The position numbers and the translations under genes were made by a program. A stretch of DNA of 64,000 nt from Candidatus Hodarchaeota archaeon (lineage in GTDB: Archaea; Asgardarchaeota; Lokiarchaeia; Sigyniarchaeales; SOKP01): NCBI GenBank assembly GCA_048887225.1, contig JBHLJY010000002.1, positions 256,001 to 320,000 on the forward strand, read 5' to 3'. This document shows positions 1-9,681 of this stretch, one piece after another. The notes beneath the pieces were generated by a model. The model was not told the DNA's origin. It worked only from the letters and a program-made list of their open reading frames with translations, and searched no databases. Within the stretch, counting starts at the first letter, position 1; each line of letters begins with the position of its first letter.

Positions 1-499
1 AATAAATATGAGTAATGTAATTTAAGAGTGTTGCGGGATCGAGTTTTATTCCAGCAAACTTCTCATGTCCTTGCAGTAATTTCTTCTTTAAATCCTTATT
101 ATAATATAATGCATCAATAAGGCGAGTAAAAGAAGGTGTCATAATAATATGAATTCCACCTTTTTTTAAGATGCGGTAGGATTCTTTAACAAAAACTCTA
201 AATTGTCTGTAATAAAGATGTTCGATAACATGACACGAATAAATAACATCCACGGCTCTAGAAGGAAAAGGTAATTTTTTAGCGATATTTATTGGTATTT
301 TACCTACTATGTCTGTATTGAGATATCCATCTAATTTTTCTTTTCCGCCACCGAAATGTATCTTAATTTTATCGTGGGTTTTAAAATATTTTTTTATCTT
401 TGATTTCCTTCTTATCCTATTAAAAATATTAAATAATTTTAAGAGATCTAGTTTTAAACTGAAAAATAGCTGATTTATAAGACCTTCTTTACGCTTCAC
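1..499 (-). CDS. Class I SAM-dependent methyltransferase-like protein (partial, runs off window start)
   Basis: Not in the ORF track; hand translation from GTG at 499 gives ...KIHFGGGKEKLDGYLNTD...KKLPFPSRAVDVIYSCHVIEHL...RILKKGG, typical Methyltransf_11-like motifs. Confidence 0.8.
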   Translation of the reverse strand, partial: MKRKEGLINQLFFSLKLDLLKLFNIFNRIRRKSKIKKYFKTHDKIKIHFGGGKEKLDGYLNTDIVGKIPINIAKKLPFPSRAVDVIYSCHVIEHLYYRQFRVFVKESYRILKKGGIHIIMTPSFTRLIDALYYNKDLKKKLLQGHEKFAGIKLDPATLLNYITHIY

Positions 500-564
500 A
501 TTTCTTAGAATTTACTATAAGATAAAAGGGTAAGTACTTTCAATTAAAAAATATATTCTCGAAA

Positions 565-1833
565 TTATAATTTATTAATCAATTCTATAATTTGATTGGC
601 ACATTCTTTAGGAGAGAACATTCTTTCAATCTTTTTTATATCTTCCTCAGGAATTTCAACGGGCTTTTTAAAAAAATCTTCAATTTCTTCTAACCATAAA
701 TTAACTTTAAGAGGTAAAATTTTCAAATATTTTTTTTTCTTAAATAAGTAATTCGCACCACATTGAGGAGAAGCTATTACAGGTGTGTTATTCATTATGC
801 TTTCTAAGATAACTCTTCCGAAAGCTTCTGTATAAATTGAAGGAACTATTGTTAATCTAGCTTTTTGATATAAATAATATAAATTGTTAGTTGGAATTTT
901 ACCAAAATTAATTACATTAGGATATTTCTTTAAATCATCTAGAAGTGTGCCAATAACGAGGATTATATAATCCTTGGGAAGCTTATCTAATAATAATCTT
1001 ACAAAAGGATAACCCTTGCTTCCTCCTTCATTTCTTGGAATTATATACAAAATGATTTTATTCGATTTCTCGATTTGTTCTATGATTTTTTTATCAATCA
1101 TCTCGTTCATTATTGTAATCCCTGAATTATCAATAGGGGTTATTTTTCTAATTAAAATCCTTTCATTTTTAATCCTTTTTAATGCTAAATCCTTCATTAA
1201 GGGAGATGCTACAACATTTACATACGCATATTTCATTAAAAAGAAATGTACTTTTATAATATAGTATAGGATTTTATAATATATTGTATATAATTGCGAT
1301 GTTAGTGATCGATGGAAGCTCACTGGTTTATCTAACAAAATAACCCTTAGAGTTCGCCATCTATTTATGCATTTCCAACATTTTTTCCTCGTCATTACTT
1401 CAGAACAATTGTTAAATCCATCAATTATATCAATGAATTTAGGACATAATCCCATTGGATCCCGTATAATATTAATAACAGGTATTTTTTTCAAAAATCC
1501 AGCAACCATAGCAGCAAAGGTCAGATCTCTTTGAACAACTATTATGTTTGGCTTATTTTTTTTAATTTGTTTAATAATAGGAAACAGACTTAAATACTGA
1601 TTAATTCTTAAAAATTTTATAATAGAATTAAGTTTTTTAAACGAAGTTCTCAAAATTGGATTGATTCTTTTAACAATGAGTCCTCCTTTTTTAAACTCTT
1701 TAGTATCTCTTGCTAAAACCTTAATTTCATAATCTGGATTTTTTGCGAGATCATTAATAATTCCATGACTCGATTTAAATGCACCACCACTAGTTGTAGC
1801 GTCAAATTTCTGATCAATAAATAGTATTTTCAA
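565..1833 (-). CDS. Glycosyltransferase family 4 (GT-B)
   Basis: TTG start; MKILFI N-terminus; PSIYTEAFGRVILES (E-x7-E); Cys-containing insert CPK...C...CWKC. Confidence 0.88.
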   Translation of the reverse strand: MKILFIDQKFDATTSGGAFKSSHGIINDLAKNPDYEIKVLARDTKEFKKGGLIVKRINPILRTSFKKLNSIIKFLRINQYLSLFPIIKQIKKNKPNIIVVQRDLTFAAMVAGFLKKIPVINIIRDPMGLCPKFIDIIDGFNNCSEVMTRKKCWKCINRWRTLRVILLDKPVSFHRSLTSQLYTIYYKILYYIIKVHFFLMKYAYVNVVASPLMKDLALKRIKNERILIRKITPIDNSGITIMNEMIDKKIIEQIEKSNKIILYIIPRNEGGSKGYPFVRLLLDKLPKDYIILVIGTLLDDLKKYPNVINFGKIPTNNLYYLYQKARLTIVPSIYTEAFGRVILESIMNNTPVIASPQCGANYLFKKKKYLKILPLKVNLWLEEIEDFFKKPVEIPEEDIKKIERMFSPKECANQIIELINKL

Positions 1834-1862
1834 CTTTAATCTCCCGTATTGATAATTATCTC

Positions 1863-3872
1863 TTAATCTACCTTAAAAAATAAATAATCATCATTTTCAT
1901 ATAAAACCTTCATATTATCTTCAATTTCCTCTAAACAAGAACTCTTTGTTTCGTCTTTTTTAACCAATACATAATCTGTTTTATTACTAACAATAGCGCT
2001 TATTAATTCAGAGTAAGAGGTATCATCGTACTTGAATTTTTCTATATCTATATCTTTATTATAAATGAGGTCATAAATGTAGGAGTGTTCAAGTTTAGGC
2101 ACCAATATATTCTCATCTTCTATATCATGTCTATCTAAATAATCTCCGATGTATAAAACTGCTTCAGTTAAGTCATCATCTTCAAAATAATTTTCATAGA
2201 TTATGTTATAATGAAGATACAAATGGTATGAAAAGAGACTCGCACCTAAAATCATTAAAAAGATAAGATAAGTTTTAGCCATTTTTTCTTTTATGAGATT
2301 AATTTGCTTTTTAATACCTGCCATTTTACTGTTTAACTTTTTTATTTTAACCTTTTGAATGTATTTTATTACTTTTTTTACACCTAAAACAAAGAGTATT
2401 GACCAACATGGCGCAAAAATCTCAAACACCCTTTTTCCTTTAGTGAAAACGAAGCTCGCAATAGAAAAAATAATATCATTATCAACAATGAATAAAAATG
2501 CATCTAAAATAAAAATTAAAAATGAAACTACAAAGGTAAATTTAATAAATTCAATTAAGTATTTTTTCTGGGGGGAGTCCCATTTTTTGACATATAGTAA
2601 TCCTAATACGATAAAAATAAAACCCCAGCTTAAAGTCTTATTTATAGGAATGTCAAATCCAATATATAAGAGATTCTTGACAAGATCTGTAGTAGAAGGT
2701 GTGAGATTCAAAATTGTTAACATTATCGAAGGAATGTTCTTAAAATAACTATGTACAAGAGAATCAGATGAATATCTTCGATATAAATAACGCTCTATAT
2801 GTTCAATAATATTTTTATCTGAAATTATTAGATTTAGAAAATAGGGGATCGTCAAAATTATTATAATTGCTAAGAAAAGACCATGCTTTTTCAGAAAATA
2901 AAGTAAAACTTCTGATTTTTTGTTTTCTTTATTAATTAAATTCAAAATTAAATAATAAGACTCAAATAATAAGAAAAATCCTAAAATTAAAATAAAATAC
3001 CATAAATGAATTAAAAAGATTCCACCTATAAATAGCCCCCTAATTATAGTTATTCTCAGATTATTCTTTTCAAATAGAGTATTAATGAATATTATTCCTA
3101 AAACTGTAGCTAAAACTGACGGAACACATAGGAAAAATCTATATAATAAAGAGTTAAAACATAACAATACTACTAAAGCGATAAGAATTTCATAATCTTT
3201 TTTAAATATTTTTGATGAAATGTCAAATATCAGGAGAATAATAATAAAAAAAAAGAAAACTGGATTATATTTTATAAAAAAATACTGAATATAATAATCT
3301 TGAACAACTAACAAAGCACCAGCGTTAAAAATCACAAATCCTGTTCCATAAACGGTATACGATTCATAATCAAGATCGCCATATTTATGTAGATACAGGA
3401 TACTATTAAACCAATTATACGGATCTTTTGCAGGTAAACTTAGATTCTTTTCAATTACTCCTTGAGTGACAAGAAAGAGTATAAAAATAATTAGTACAAT
3501 CGTTAAACGTCTTTTAACTAGTTTATTTGAAAGTCTATTTTTAATATTATTAAATAAATCTTTGAAATTCTTTTCAGATTTGAATTTGTAAAAAATACAA
3601 ATATAGAAAAGATTTAGTATAACAAAAACGATTAAAGGTAAATAATTGAAAAAAAAGTTAAAAGACTTATAGAAATCTATAATAAAATATGAATAGAATA
3701 TATATAATACCGTTCCGACACCAAAAGATTCTAATAGAATCGTTAGCGAAATCTTTTTCGATTTAAAGGTATTAAAAAGGTGATATTGAAAGAAGTAGCC
3801 TAATAGCGTAAGTAATATTACAAAAAAGAAAAATATACCAAAGTTTATAAAAAAGAAACCTATTGTAATCAT
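1863..3872 (-). CDS. Multi-pass membrane protein, GT-C/STT3-like, paralogue 1
   Basis: Many TM segments; KDPYNW in the first large loop; soluble C-terminal domain ending DYVLV...LYENDDYLFFKV; similar to 25028..27022 and 36774..38786. Confidence 0.6.
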   Translation of the reverse strand: MITIGFFFINFGIFFFFVILLTLLGYFFQYHLFNTFKSKKISLTILLESFGVGTVLYIFYSYFIIDFYKSFNFFFNYLPLIVFVILNLFYICIFYKFKSEKNFKDLFNNIKNRLSNKLVKRRLTIVLIIFILFLVTQGVIEKNLSLPAKDPYNWFNSILYLHKYGDLDYESYTVYGTGFVIFNAGALLVVQDYYIQYFFIKYNPVFFFFIIILLIFDISSKIFKKDYEILIALVVLLCFNSLLYRFFLCVPSVLATVLGIIFINTLFEKNNLRITIIRGLFIGGIFLIHLWYFILILGFFLLFESYYLILNLINKENKKSEVLLYFLKKHGLFLAIIIILTIPYFLNLIISDKNIIEHIERYLYRRYSSDSLVHSYFKNIPSIMLTILNLTPSTTDLVKNLLYIGFDIPINKTLSWGFIFIVLGLLYVKKWDSPQKKYLIEFIKFTFVVSFLIFILDAFLFIVDNDIIFSIASFVFTKGKRVFEIFAPCWSILFVLGVKKVIKYIQKVKIKKLNSKMAGIKKQINLIKEKMAKTYLIFLMILGASLFSYHLYLHYNIIYENYFEDDDLTEAVLYIGDYLDRHDIEDENILVPKLEHSYIYDLIYNKDIDIEKFKYDDTSYSELISAIVSNKTDYVLVKKDETKSSCLEEIEDNMKVLYENDDYLFFKVD

Positions 3873-3879
3873 TTTTTAA

Positions 3880-4704
3880 TCAATATCCCGTAATACCATA
3901 TTTTTTATAGACATGTTTGAATAATAATACTGAAAGAATGGGTCCGAATATTGTCAATATTAAAACAATTGTAAAGTGTATTGTATAGCGTGAATTCCAA
4001 ACGACATTTTCAAAACCAAAAACTAAAATTATCCTGATTGTCTCCCAGAAATAATAAAAAGGATTGAAGTATACAAAAATTTGGAGCTCCTCTGGAAAAA
4101 ATTGTACTGGGTACTTATAACAGCTGAAAATAAGAAAAAACTTAATAAAAAAGAAAAATACCTTGAATTGCCCTTCAGTTGATAACCTAAATGAACCTAT
4201 GGCCAATCCAACTGAAGCAATAAATAAACACGCAGCTAAATAAAAAATTACTGTAAATAAAATTGTCATCAATGAAGCATTAGCAATTATGAAGCATATT
4301 ATAAAAACTAAAAATAATGGAATTAAGAATGCAATTAATTCCGCAATTAATTTGCTAATCAAAACATTATAAGTATTGACAGGAGACATAAATATACCTG
4401 AAAGTGTTTTCCAATACTTTTCTCGTAAAAAGCTATTACCATAAAGAGATATTAAATCAAGAATTATAATGATAAAAACACCTGTTAGTATGAAAATAAT
4501 ATAATTCTCTGGTGTCCAAATTCCAAAAGATTTATCACCAATTTCTTCAAATATCTTATTGAAAACGAGTAATGGAATAATAAAATTTGTAAATGGTATA
4601 ATTATTAAGAGGAGAAACTTTGCTATATATCTTGATCTCAATTTGAGGTCCTTAATGACTAGAGCTTTTGTCTGCGAAATATTTTTTTTAATTTGCTGTA
4701 GCAT
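3880..4704 (-). CDS. ABC-2 type transporter permease
   Basis: KDLKLRSRY, EKYWKTL..IFMSPV, YPVQFFP, NPFYY motifs; start moved to ATG 4704 (MLQQIKK) to avoid overlap with the divergent permease and match its N-terminus. Confidence 0.85.
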   Translation of the reverse strand: MLQQIKKNISQTKALVIKDLKLRSRYIAKFLLLIIIPFTNFIIPLLVFNKIFEEIGDKSFGIWTPENYIIFILTGVFIIIILDLISLYGNSFLREKYWKTLSGIFMSPVNTYNVLISKLIAELIAFLIPLFLVFIICFIIANASLMTILFTVIFYLAACLFIASVGLAIGSFRLSTEGQFKVFFFFIKFFLIFSCYKYPVQFFPEELQIFVYFNPFYYFWETIRIILVFGFENVVWNSRYTIHFTIVLILTIFGPILSVLLFKHVYKKYGITGY

Positions 4705-4750
4705 TAAAAAGATATAATTTTTTTTTACTAAATAACTTATTTTAATTAAG

Positions 4751-5587
4751 ATGTTTAACAAGAAAGCGATCAGAAAAAACGTTGTTCAAATTTACTCATT
4801 AACTATAAAAGATTTGAAACTAAAGGGGAGATATAAGAGTGAGTTCTTTGTTGAAAATTTTTTACCATTTCTTACGTTATTTTTTCCTTTCATAATTTTT
4901 AATACACTGTTCCAACTGAAAAGTGATTTTTTTGAAGGTAGTTATTATTCCGTAGAAAATTATATATTATTTTTATTACTCGCTTACTCCGTGGAGTGCT
5001 CTTTATTTTTATTATGGTATTATAGGGATCTTTTTTATGATGAGAAATCTTGGAAAACTCTCAATGGCATAATGGTTGCCCCTGTAAGTAAATTTAATGT
5101 ATTGATCGGTTTTTTTATCTCGGGATTATTTACAAGAGTTTTCTCCATAATTTTCACAATTATTATATGCTATATTTTATTTCCCATCCCATTGGCAACA
5201 TTGATATTTGTATTAATTGTATTATTCTGCATCACATTAACCTTTGCAGGAATGGGATTTATATTAGGATTATTTGAAATTGTAAATGAGAATGTTTCGG
5301 CAAGTTTATCTATTGGAATAAGTTTTATAGCTTTAGTAAGTTGCCTATTCTATCCAATAGAAATCTTTCCTGAACAATTTCACATTATAATTTTGTTAAA
5401 TCCACTTTATTATTATTTTGATCTCTTAAAATTATCTTGGTGGTCAGGTATTAATTATCATGAAGCTATGAGGTATATAACAATAAATCACATTATAATT
5501 GTAGGATTTTGTACAATATTGACTCCATTGATTGCTTCAATTTTATTTTTAAAAATATATCATAGATATGGAGCTTCTGGGTATTAA
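4751..5587 (+). CDS. ABC-2 type transporter permease
   Basis: KDLKLKGRY, EKSWKTL..IMVAPV, YPIEIFP, NPLYY; clear paralogue of the divergent permease (both end YG..GY). Confidence 0.87.
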   Translation: MFNKKAIRKNVVQIYSLTIKDLKLKGRYKSEFFVENFLPFLTLFFPFIIFNTLFQLKSDFFEGSYYSVENYILFLLLAYSVECSLFLLWYYRDLFYDEKSWKTLNGIMVAPVSKFNVLIGFFISGLFTRVFSIIFTIIICYILFPIPLATLIFVLIVLFCITLTFAGMGFILGLFEIVNENVSASLSIGISFIALVSCLFYPIEIFPEQFHIIILLNPLYYYFDLLKLSWWSGINYHEAMRYITINHIIIVGFCTILTPLIASILFLKIYHRYGASGY

Positions 5588-5589
5588 AA

Positions 5590-6525
5590 ATGAATGAAAA
5601 TATTATTGAAACTATTGATTTAACTAAAGAATTCAAGTTAAAAGCCGGTGGAAAAATTTTAGCATTAAATCGAATCAATTTCGCAATAAAAAATGGAGAG
5701 ATTTTTGGTCTTTTAGGTCCAAATGGGGCTGGAAAAACTACTTTGGTATCAATTTTATCAACCTTACTACAACCTACTAGTGGAACTGCTAAAGTTTTTG
5801 GATTAGATGTACGGAAAAATCCTAAAGTAATTAAAAGAAAAATCGGGTTAATGTTAGGAGAGGAAATGATTTATTATCGTATGACTGGAATTGACAATTT
5901 AAAATTTTTCGCAAGGCTATATCAAATCAAAAATTATAGAGAAAAGATAAAAGAAGTAACATCAATTTTAGGAATCAATCATAAATTAAAAGAATACGTA
6001 TCCAATTATTCTCGTGGTCAGAAATTAAGAATGGCCTTATCTAGAATTTTACTAATTGAACCTGAACTACTATTTTTAGATGAGCCTTTATTAGGTATGG
6101 ATCCAAAAACTACAAGAGAATTAATTAAAATCCTCGTAGGGCTCGATAAAACAATACTTTTAACTTCTCATCAAATGCATGTTGTTCAACAACTCTGTGA
6201 ACGAATTGCATTTCTAAATCGAGGTAATATCATAAAAATTGATACAAAAGAGAACTTTATTGATATTTTAAGACATTTTATTCGAATAAGTTTCAATATT
6301 ATTGATGAAAAAAATAAAAGACAATTAAAAAAGGAATTAAACTCACTTAATTATATTAATAAAATTAGCCACAAAAAAGATGGTTTTATTATATCTATAA
6401 ATGATTATAAGTATTATCCTTCACTTTTGTCTTGTTTAGGAAAATACCCCGTTCAAAAGATTAGAGAAATAGAACCGAGCTTAGATGATGTATTTATTGA
6501 ATTATCTACTCAAAAAGATATTTAA
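5590..6525 (+). CDS. ABC transporter ATP-binding protein (DrrA/NodI-like)
   Basis: Walker A GPNGAGKT, signature YSRGQ, Walker B LLFLDEP, H-loop TSH, C-terminal EPSLDDVF. Confidence 0.93.
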   Translation: MNENIIETIDLTKEFKLKAGGKILALNRINFAIKNGEIFGLLGPNGAGKTTLVSILSTLLQPTSGTAKVFGLDVRKNPKVIKRKIGLMLGEEMIYYRMTGIDNLKFFARLYQIKNYREKIKEVTSILGINHKLKEYVSNYSRGQKLRMALSRILLIEPELLFLDEPLLGMDPKTTRELIKILVGLDKTILLTSHQMHVVQQLCERIAFLNRGNIIKIDTKENFIDILRHFIRISFNIIDEKNKRQLKKELNSLNYINKISHKKDGFIISINDYKYYPSLLSCLGKYPVQKIREIEPSLDDVFIELSTQKDI

Positions 6526-6537
6526 GTGTAACTATCT

Positions 6538-7686
6538 GTGAAAATCGATATAATCTTACCTTCATTTAATAAACCTGAAAAATATCAAAGATATCAAAAG
6601 GCCCAAAGATTCACTCCATTTCCATCCTTCATTGGAAGTTGGTTTCCTGTATGGTATAATAGGAAACAACTTAAAAATATGGGAGTGTCTATACGATTTA
6701 TTAATTTTTTTAATATAAACTATAAAAAACTTCGAGATCATGTAGGATTCGACAACAGAATTATAGGGAACTTAGGAAGGAGTTATGGTAAAGTTAGAAT
6801 AACGACTAAAAAAGCGATTATTCCAATATTAAAAAAAATTCGGACTAAGGCAGAACATATTATTTATTTCGACAATGGAGATGGAACAGGCCATACTCAA
6901 TTTGAAGTATTACCTTACGTTGACCGTTATTTAAAAAAACAACTATTAAAAAATCGATTATTATATTCAAATTTTCTTTATAAAAAGCGGTTATTCACCG
7001 ATTTCTATCTAAAAAAATACAATCTAAAACCAGAAGGCACCACCACTTCGCTTCATCCAATTGATCCTCAATATGAGCATAAAATAGGTTTGTCCTGGAA
7101 TTTTGCCTATAGAGACTATCGCCCCTCAAATCAAATTAATAAGATCTTTTATGGCTTTTCAAAATTTCCTTCTTTGAAATACTGTAGCCCTTATAATAGC
7201 CGAAAGTTACTTTTTTCAGCTAATTATAGTATAAAAACGGGTTCAAACTTGATTGATTTTCAGAGGAAAGAGCTTTTAAAATATCTTGAAAACAACTTTA
7301 AAGAAAATAAGGCAGTATCAATTGGGAGGATACCAAAGAAAATATATGTAAAAACTCAAAAAAATTCAAAAGCTATTTTTAGTCCATTTGGTTGGGGGGA
7401 ATTATGTTATCGAGATTTTGAAATTTTCATTTCAGGTGCAGCTTTAATAAAACCCAATGTTGATCATATAGTTACTTGGCCGAAATTATATATAAAAAAC
7501 AAAACTTATTTTCCAATATCGTGGGAAGTTGAAAAATGGGATGATGAAATACCACATATTTTGAATGACGAGAATCTTTTATTAAAAATAGCGATAAAAG
7601 GTCAAGATTCATATAAAAGCCTGTGGACACAAAAGGGGAGAAAAAAGTTCTGTGAGCACTTTATCGAGATGGTAAGTCCAAATTAA
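6538..7686 (+). CDS. Putative GT-B glycosyltransferase (exostosin/Glyco_trans_1_2-like C-terminus)
   Basis: GTG start; SPFGWGELCYRDFEIFISGAALIKP motif, followed by KIAIKGQ. Confidence 0.65.
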   Translation: MKIDIILPSFNKPEKYQRYQKAQRFTPFPSFIGSWFPVWYNRKQLKNMGVSIRFINFFNINYKKLRDHVGFDNRIIGNLGRSYGKVRITTKKAIIPILKKIRTKAEHIIYFDNGDGTGHTQFEVLPYVDRYLKKQLLKNRLLYSNFLYKKRLFTDFYLKKYNLKPEGTTTSLHPIDPQYEHKIGLSWNFAYRDYRPSNQINKIFYGFSKFPSLKYCSPYNSRKLLFSANYSIKTGSNLIDFQRKELLKYLENNFKENKAVSIGRIPKKIYVKTQKNSKAIFSPFGWGELCYRDFEIFISGAALIKPNVDHIVTWPKLYIKNKTYFPISWEVEKWDDEIPHILNDENLLLKIAIKGQDSYKSLWTQKGRKKFCEHFIEMVSPN

Positions 7687-8501
7687 GTATTATTAAAAAG
7701 AGATTTTTTTATTAAGATATCTAAATTAAAAGGACGGTATTTGGATGTTTTATTAAATAACTGTTTTAATTTTTCGTATTCGTTATGATTATCTACATCT
7801 AGCCATATCGTATCGGGAAAATCTAAATAAGAAACATTAAAATCTAAATTAATCGCTGAAAGTAAAATATCAGATACTCCAAACTTATCATCAATCTTTT
7901 CGATAAATTGAGATATTCTTTTTATAGTTTTAGTTTTCATAAGAAAGGCGCCCATATCAAGGCGGTTATAATTTTCAATTTGTTTACCAATTTCCTTGAT
8001 TTGGGCATTATATCCAAGAACCTTGGTACAATCCTCTAAATCATAGTGCCCTATAATTTTTATTGGATCGGTAGCTAAGACAATATCTTGATTATTATAT
8101 TTTTTAATTAATTCTTCATATACGTTAACAGAGAAGATGTGGTCAGCCATAGATAATATAAAAAATTCAGAATTTACATTTTTAGCACCTAAGAAGAGGC
8201 TATAGCCATTTTCTCTTTCAATGTTGTCGTTTTCAATGAAATTTAAACTTATATTTGTTGTTTTGAAAGATATGTTTTTTAAAAAACTGAAACATGATTT
8301 TTTTATCTCGGTTGTATCAGCATCCATATCTACAATTAAATTAATTTTTTTAATACCAGCTTTAATCATTCCTACGATTATATAATTTAATATATTAGAC
8401 CTTGCAAAAGGTAATAGATACTTCTTATACGAGCTATCTCGAAAATCGAATCGACTCGCACATCCCGCAGCAAGAATAATACTTTCAACATTCATATTCA
8501 A
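7683..8501 (-). CDS. CTP:inositol-1-phosphate cytidylyltransferase (IPCT)-like nucleotidyltransferase
   Basis: ILAAG.ASR, ERENGYSL, FILSMADH, DCTKV, IGKQI, DMGAF, WLDVD follow the archaeal IPCT motif series as I recall it; directly downstream of two MIPS genes. Confidence 0.8.
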   Translation of the reverse strand: MNMNVESIILAAGCASRFDFRDSSYKKYLLPFARSNILNYIIVGMIKAGIKKINLIVDMDADTTEIKKSCFSFLKNISFKTTNISLNFIENDNIERENGYSLFLGAKNVNSEFFILSMADHIFSVNVYEELIKKYNNQDIVLATDPIKIIGHYDLEDCTKVLGYNAQIKEIGKQIENYNRLDMGAFLMKTKTIKRISQFIEKIDDKFGVSDILLSAINLDFNVSYLDFPDTIWLDVDNHNEYEKLKQLFNKTSKYRPFNLDILIKKSLFNNT

Positions 8502-8537
8502 TTAAGATGTCTAATAGTTTCTACTTTAAAAATTAAT

Positions 8538-9677
8538 TTATCTCTCACGTTTACCTTCTATGAATTCTAGAACCCATTCCTTGGCTATAAAATCCGATGG
8601 AGGTTGAATATGGGGGTGTTTAAAACTAAAGGAACTTATGCTTTCTAGTCGCCCTGAAATTCTTCTATCCAAAGCTAGTTTCATAACCCGCACGACATCC
8701 AATATAACTCCTGCGGAATTGGGGGAATCCTCAACCCTGATTTTTACATCCATTACTAAAGGTAAGTTCCCATATGTCGTACCATCTATTCTAATATAAC
8801 AAATCTTTTTATCTTCAAGAAAAGGTACATAATCACTCGGACCAATTCTGCAATTAATAGGATATGGAAGAACAGAAGTTACTGAGGTTGTTTTTGATTC
8901 ACGCTTAGTTTTTAAGCGATTTTCCAATTTCATATTATAGAAATCACCATTGCCTCCGATGTTTAATTGATAAGTATCATTCACTATTACACCCCTATCC
9001 AGAAACATCTTTGCCAGAACTCGATGTGTGATAGTTGCCCCTACTTGAGATTTAATGTCATCTCCTGCGCATGGTAGTCCATTCTTTTCAAATTCAGCAA
9101 CCCAGTCCTTATCTCCCTCGAGCTTTTCAGATATAATAAATTCTGGAATTCCATTAACAAATCCACAACCAGCATCGATAGCTGCTTGAGCATATAATCT
9201 TGAAGCGTTATAGCTTCCGACCGGCAGAAGATTTACTAAGATCTCTGCCCTATTATCTCGTAATGTTTGGGCAATGTCAACAGGTCTAATAACACTTTCA
9301 TCATATGCCTTGAAATAATCTAATGTTGATAAACGCTCATCTTCAGTTTTATAACATCCATCAGAAATTGGTCCGGGATAACAAAGCGCTCCTGTTTTTG
9401 GCATATCGTTAGGTTTTACAATTGGTTGACAACAATTAGGTTCAGCATATATAGCATCTGATATATCTTTATTAATTTTTGTTGTTGAAACATCAAATGC
9501 AGCAACTACTTTAATATGACGAGGCAAATATCCCTCAATACTTGGATTCATTAAACCCATTATATACATATCTTCCTCTTTAATATTCTTATAATATTCA
9601 ATTCCTTGTAATAAAGCAGAAGCACAATTTCCAAGACCAGCTATTGCAATACGAATTTCTTTTGAATCGTTTTCCAT
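8538..9677 (-). CDS. ino1: myo-inositol-1-phosphate synthase
   Basis: GLGNCAS, LPVGS, GDDIKSQVGAT, QLNIGGNGDF, KRESKT, DKK, DSPNSAG, FKHP; all canonical prokaryotic MIPS motifs. Confidence 0.95.
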   Translation of the reverse strand: MENDSKEIRIAIAGLGNCASALLQGIEYYKNIKEEDMYIMGLMNPSIEGYLPRHIKVVAAFDVSTTKINKDISDAIYAEPNCCQPIVKPNDMPKTGALCYPGPISDGCYKTEDERLSTLDYFKAYDESVIRPVDIAQTLRDNRAEILVNLLPVGSYNASRLYAQAAIDAGCGFVNGIPEFIISEKLEGDKDWVAEFEKNGLPCAGDDIKSQVGATITHRVLAKMFLDRGVIVNDTYQLNIGGNGDFYNMKLENRLKTKRESKTTSVTSVLPYPINCRIGPSDYVPFLEDKKICYIRIDGTTYGNLPLVMDVKIRVEDSPNSAGVILDVVRVMKLALDRRISGRLESISSFSFKHPHIQPPSDFIAKEWVLEFIEGKRER

Positions 9678-9681
9678 GATT

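Noticed and set aside
4705-4761. ORF-track start at 4761 for the minus-strand permease
   Set aside because: It would overlap the divergent permease head-to-head; ATG 4704 aligns with the paralogue's N-terminus.
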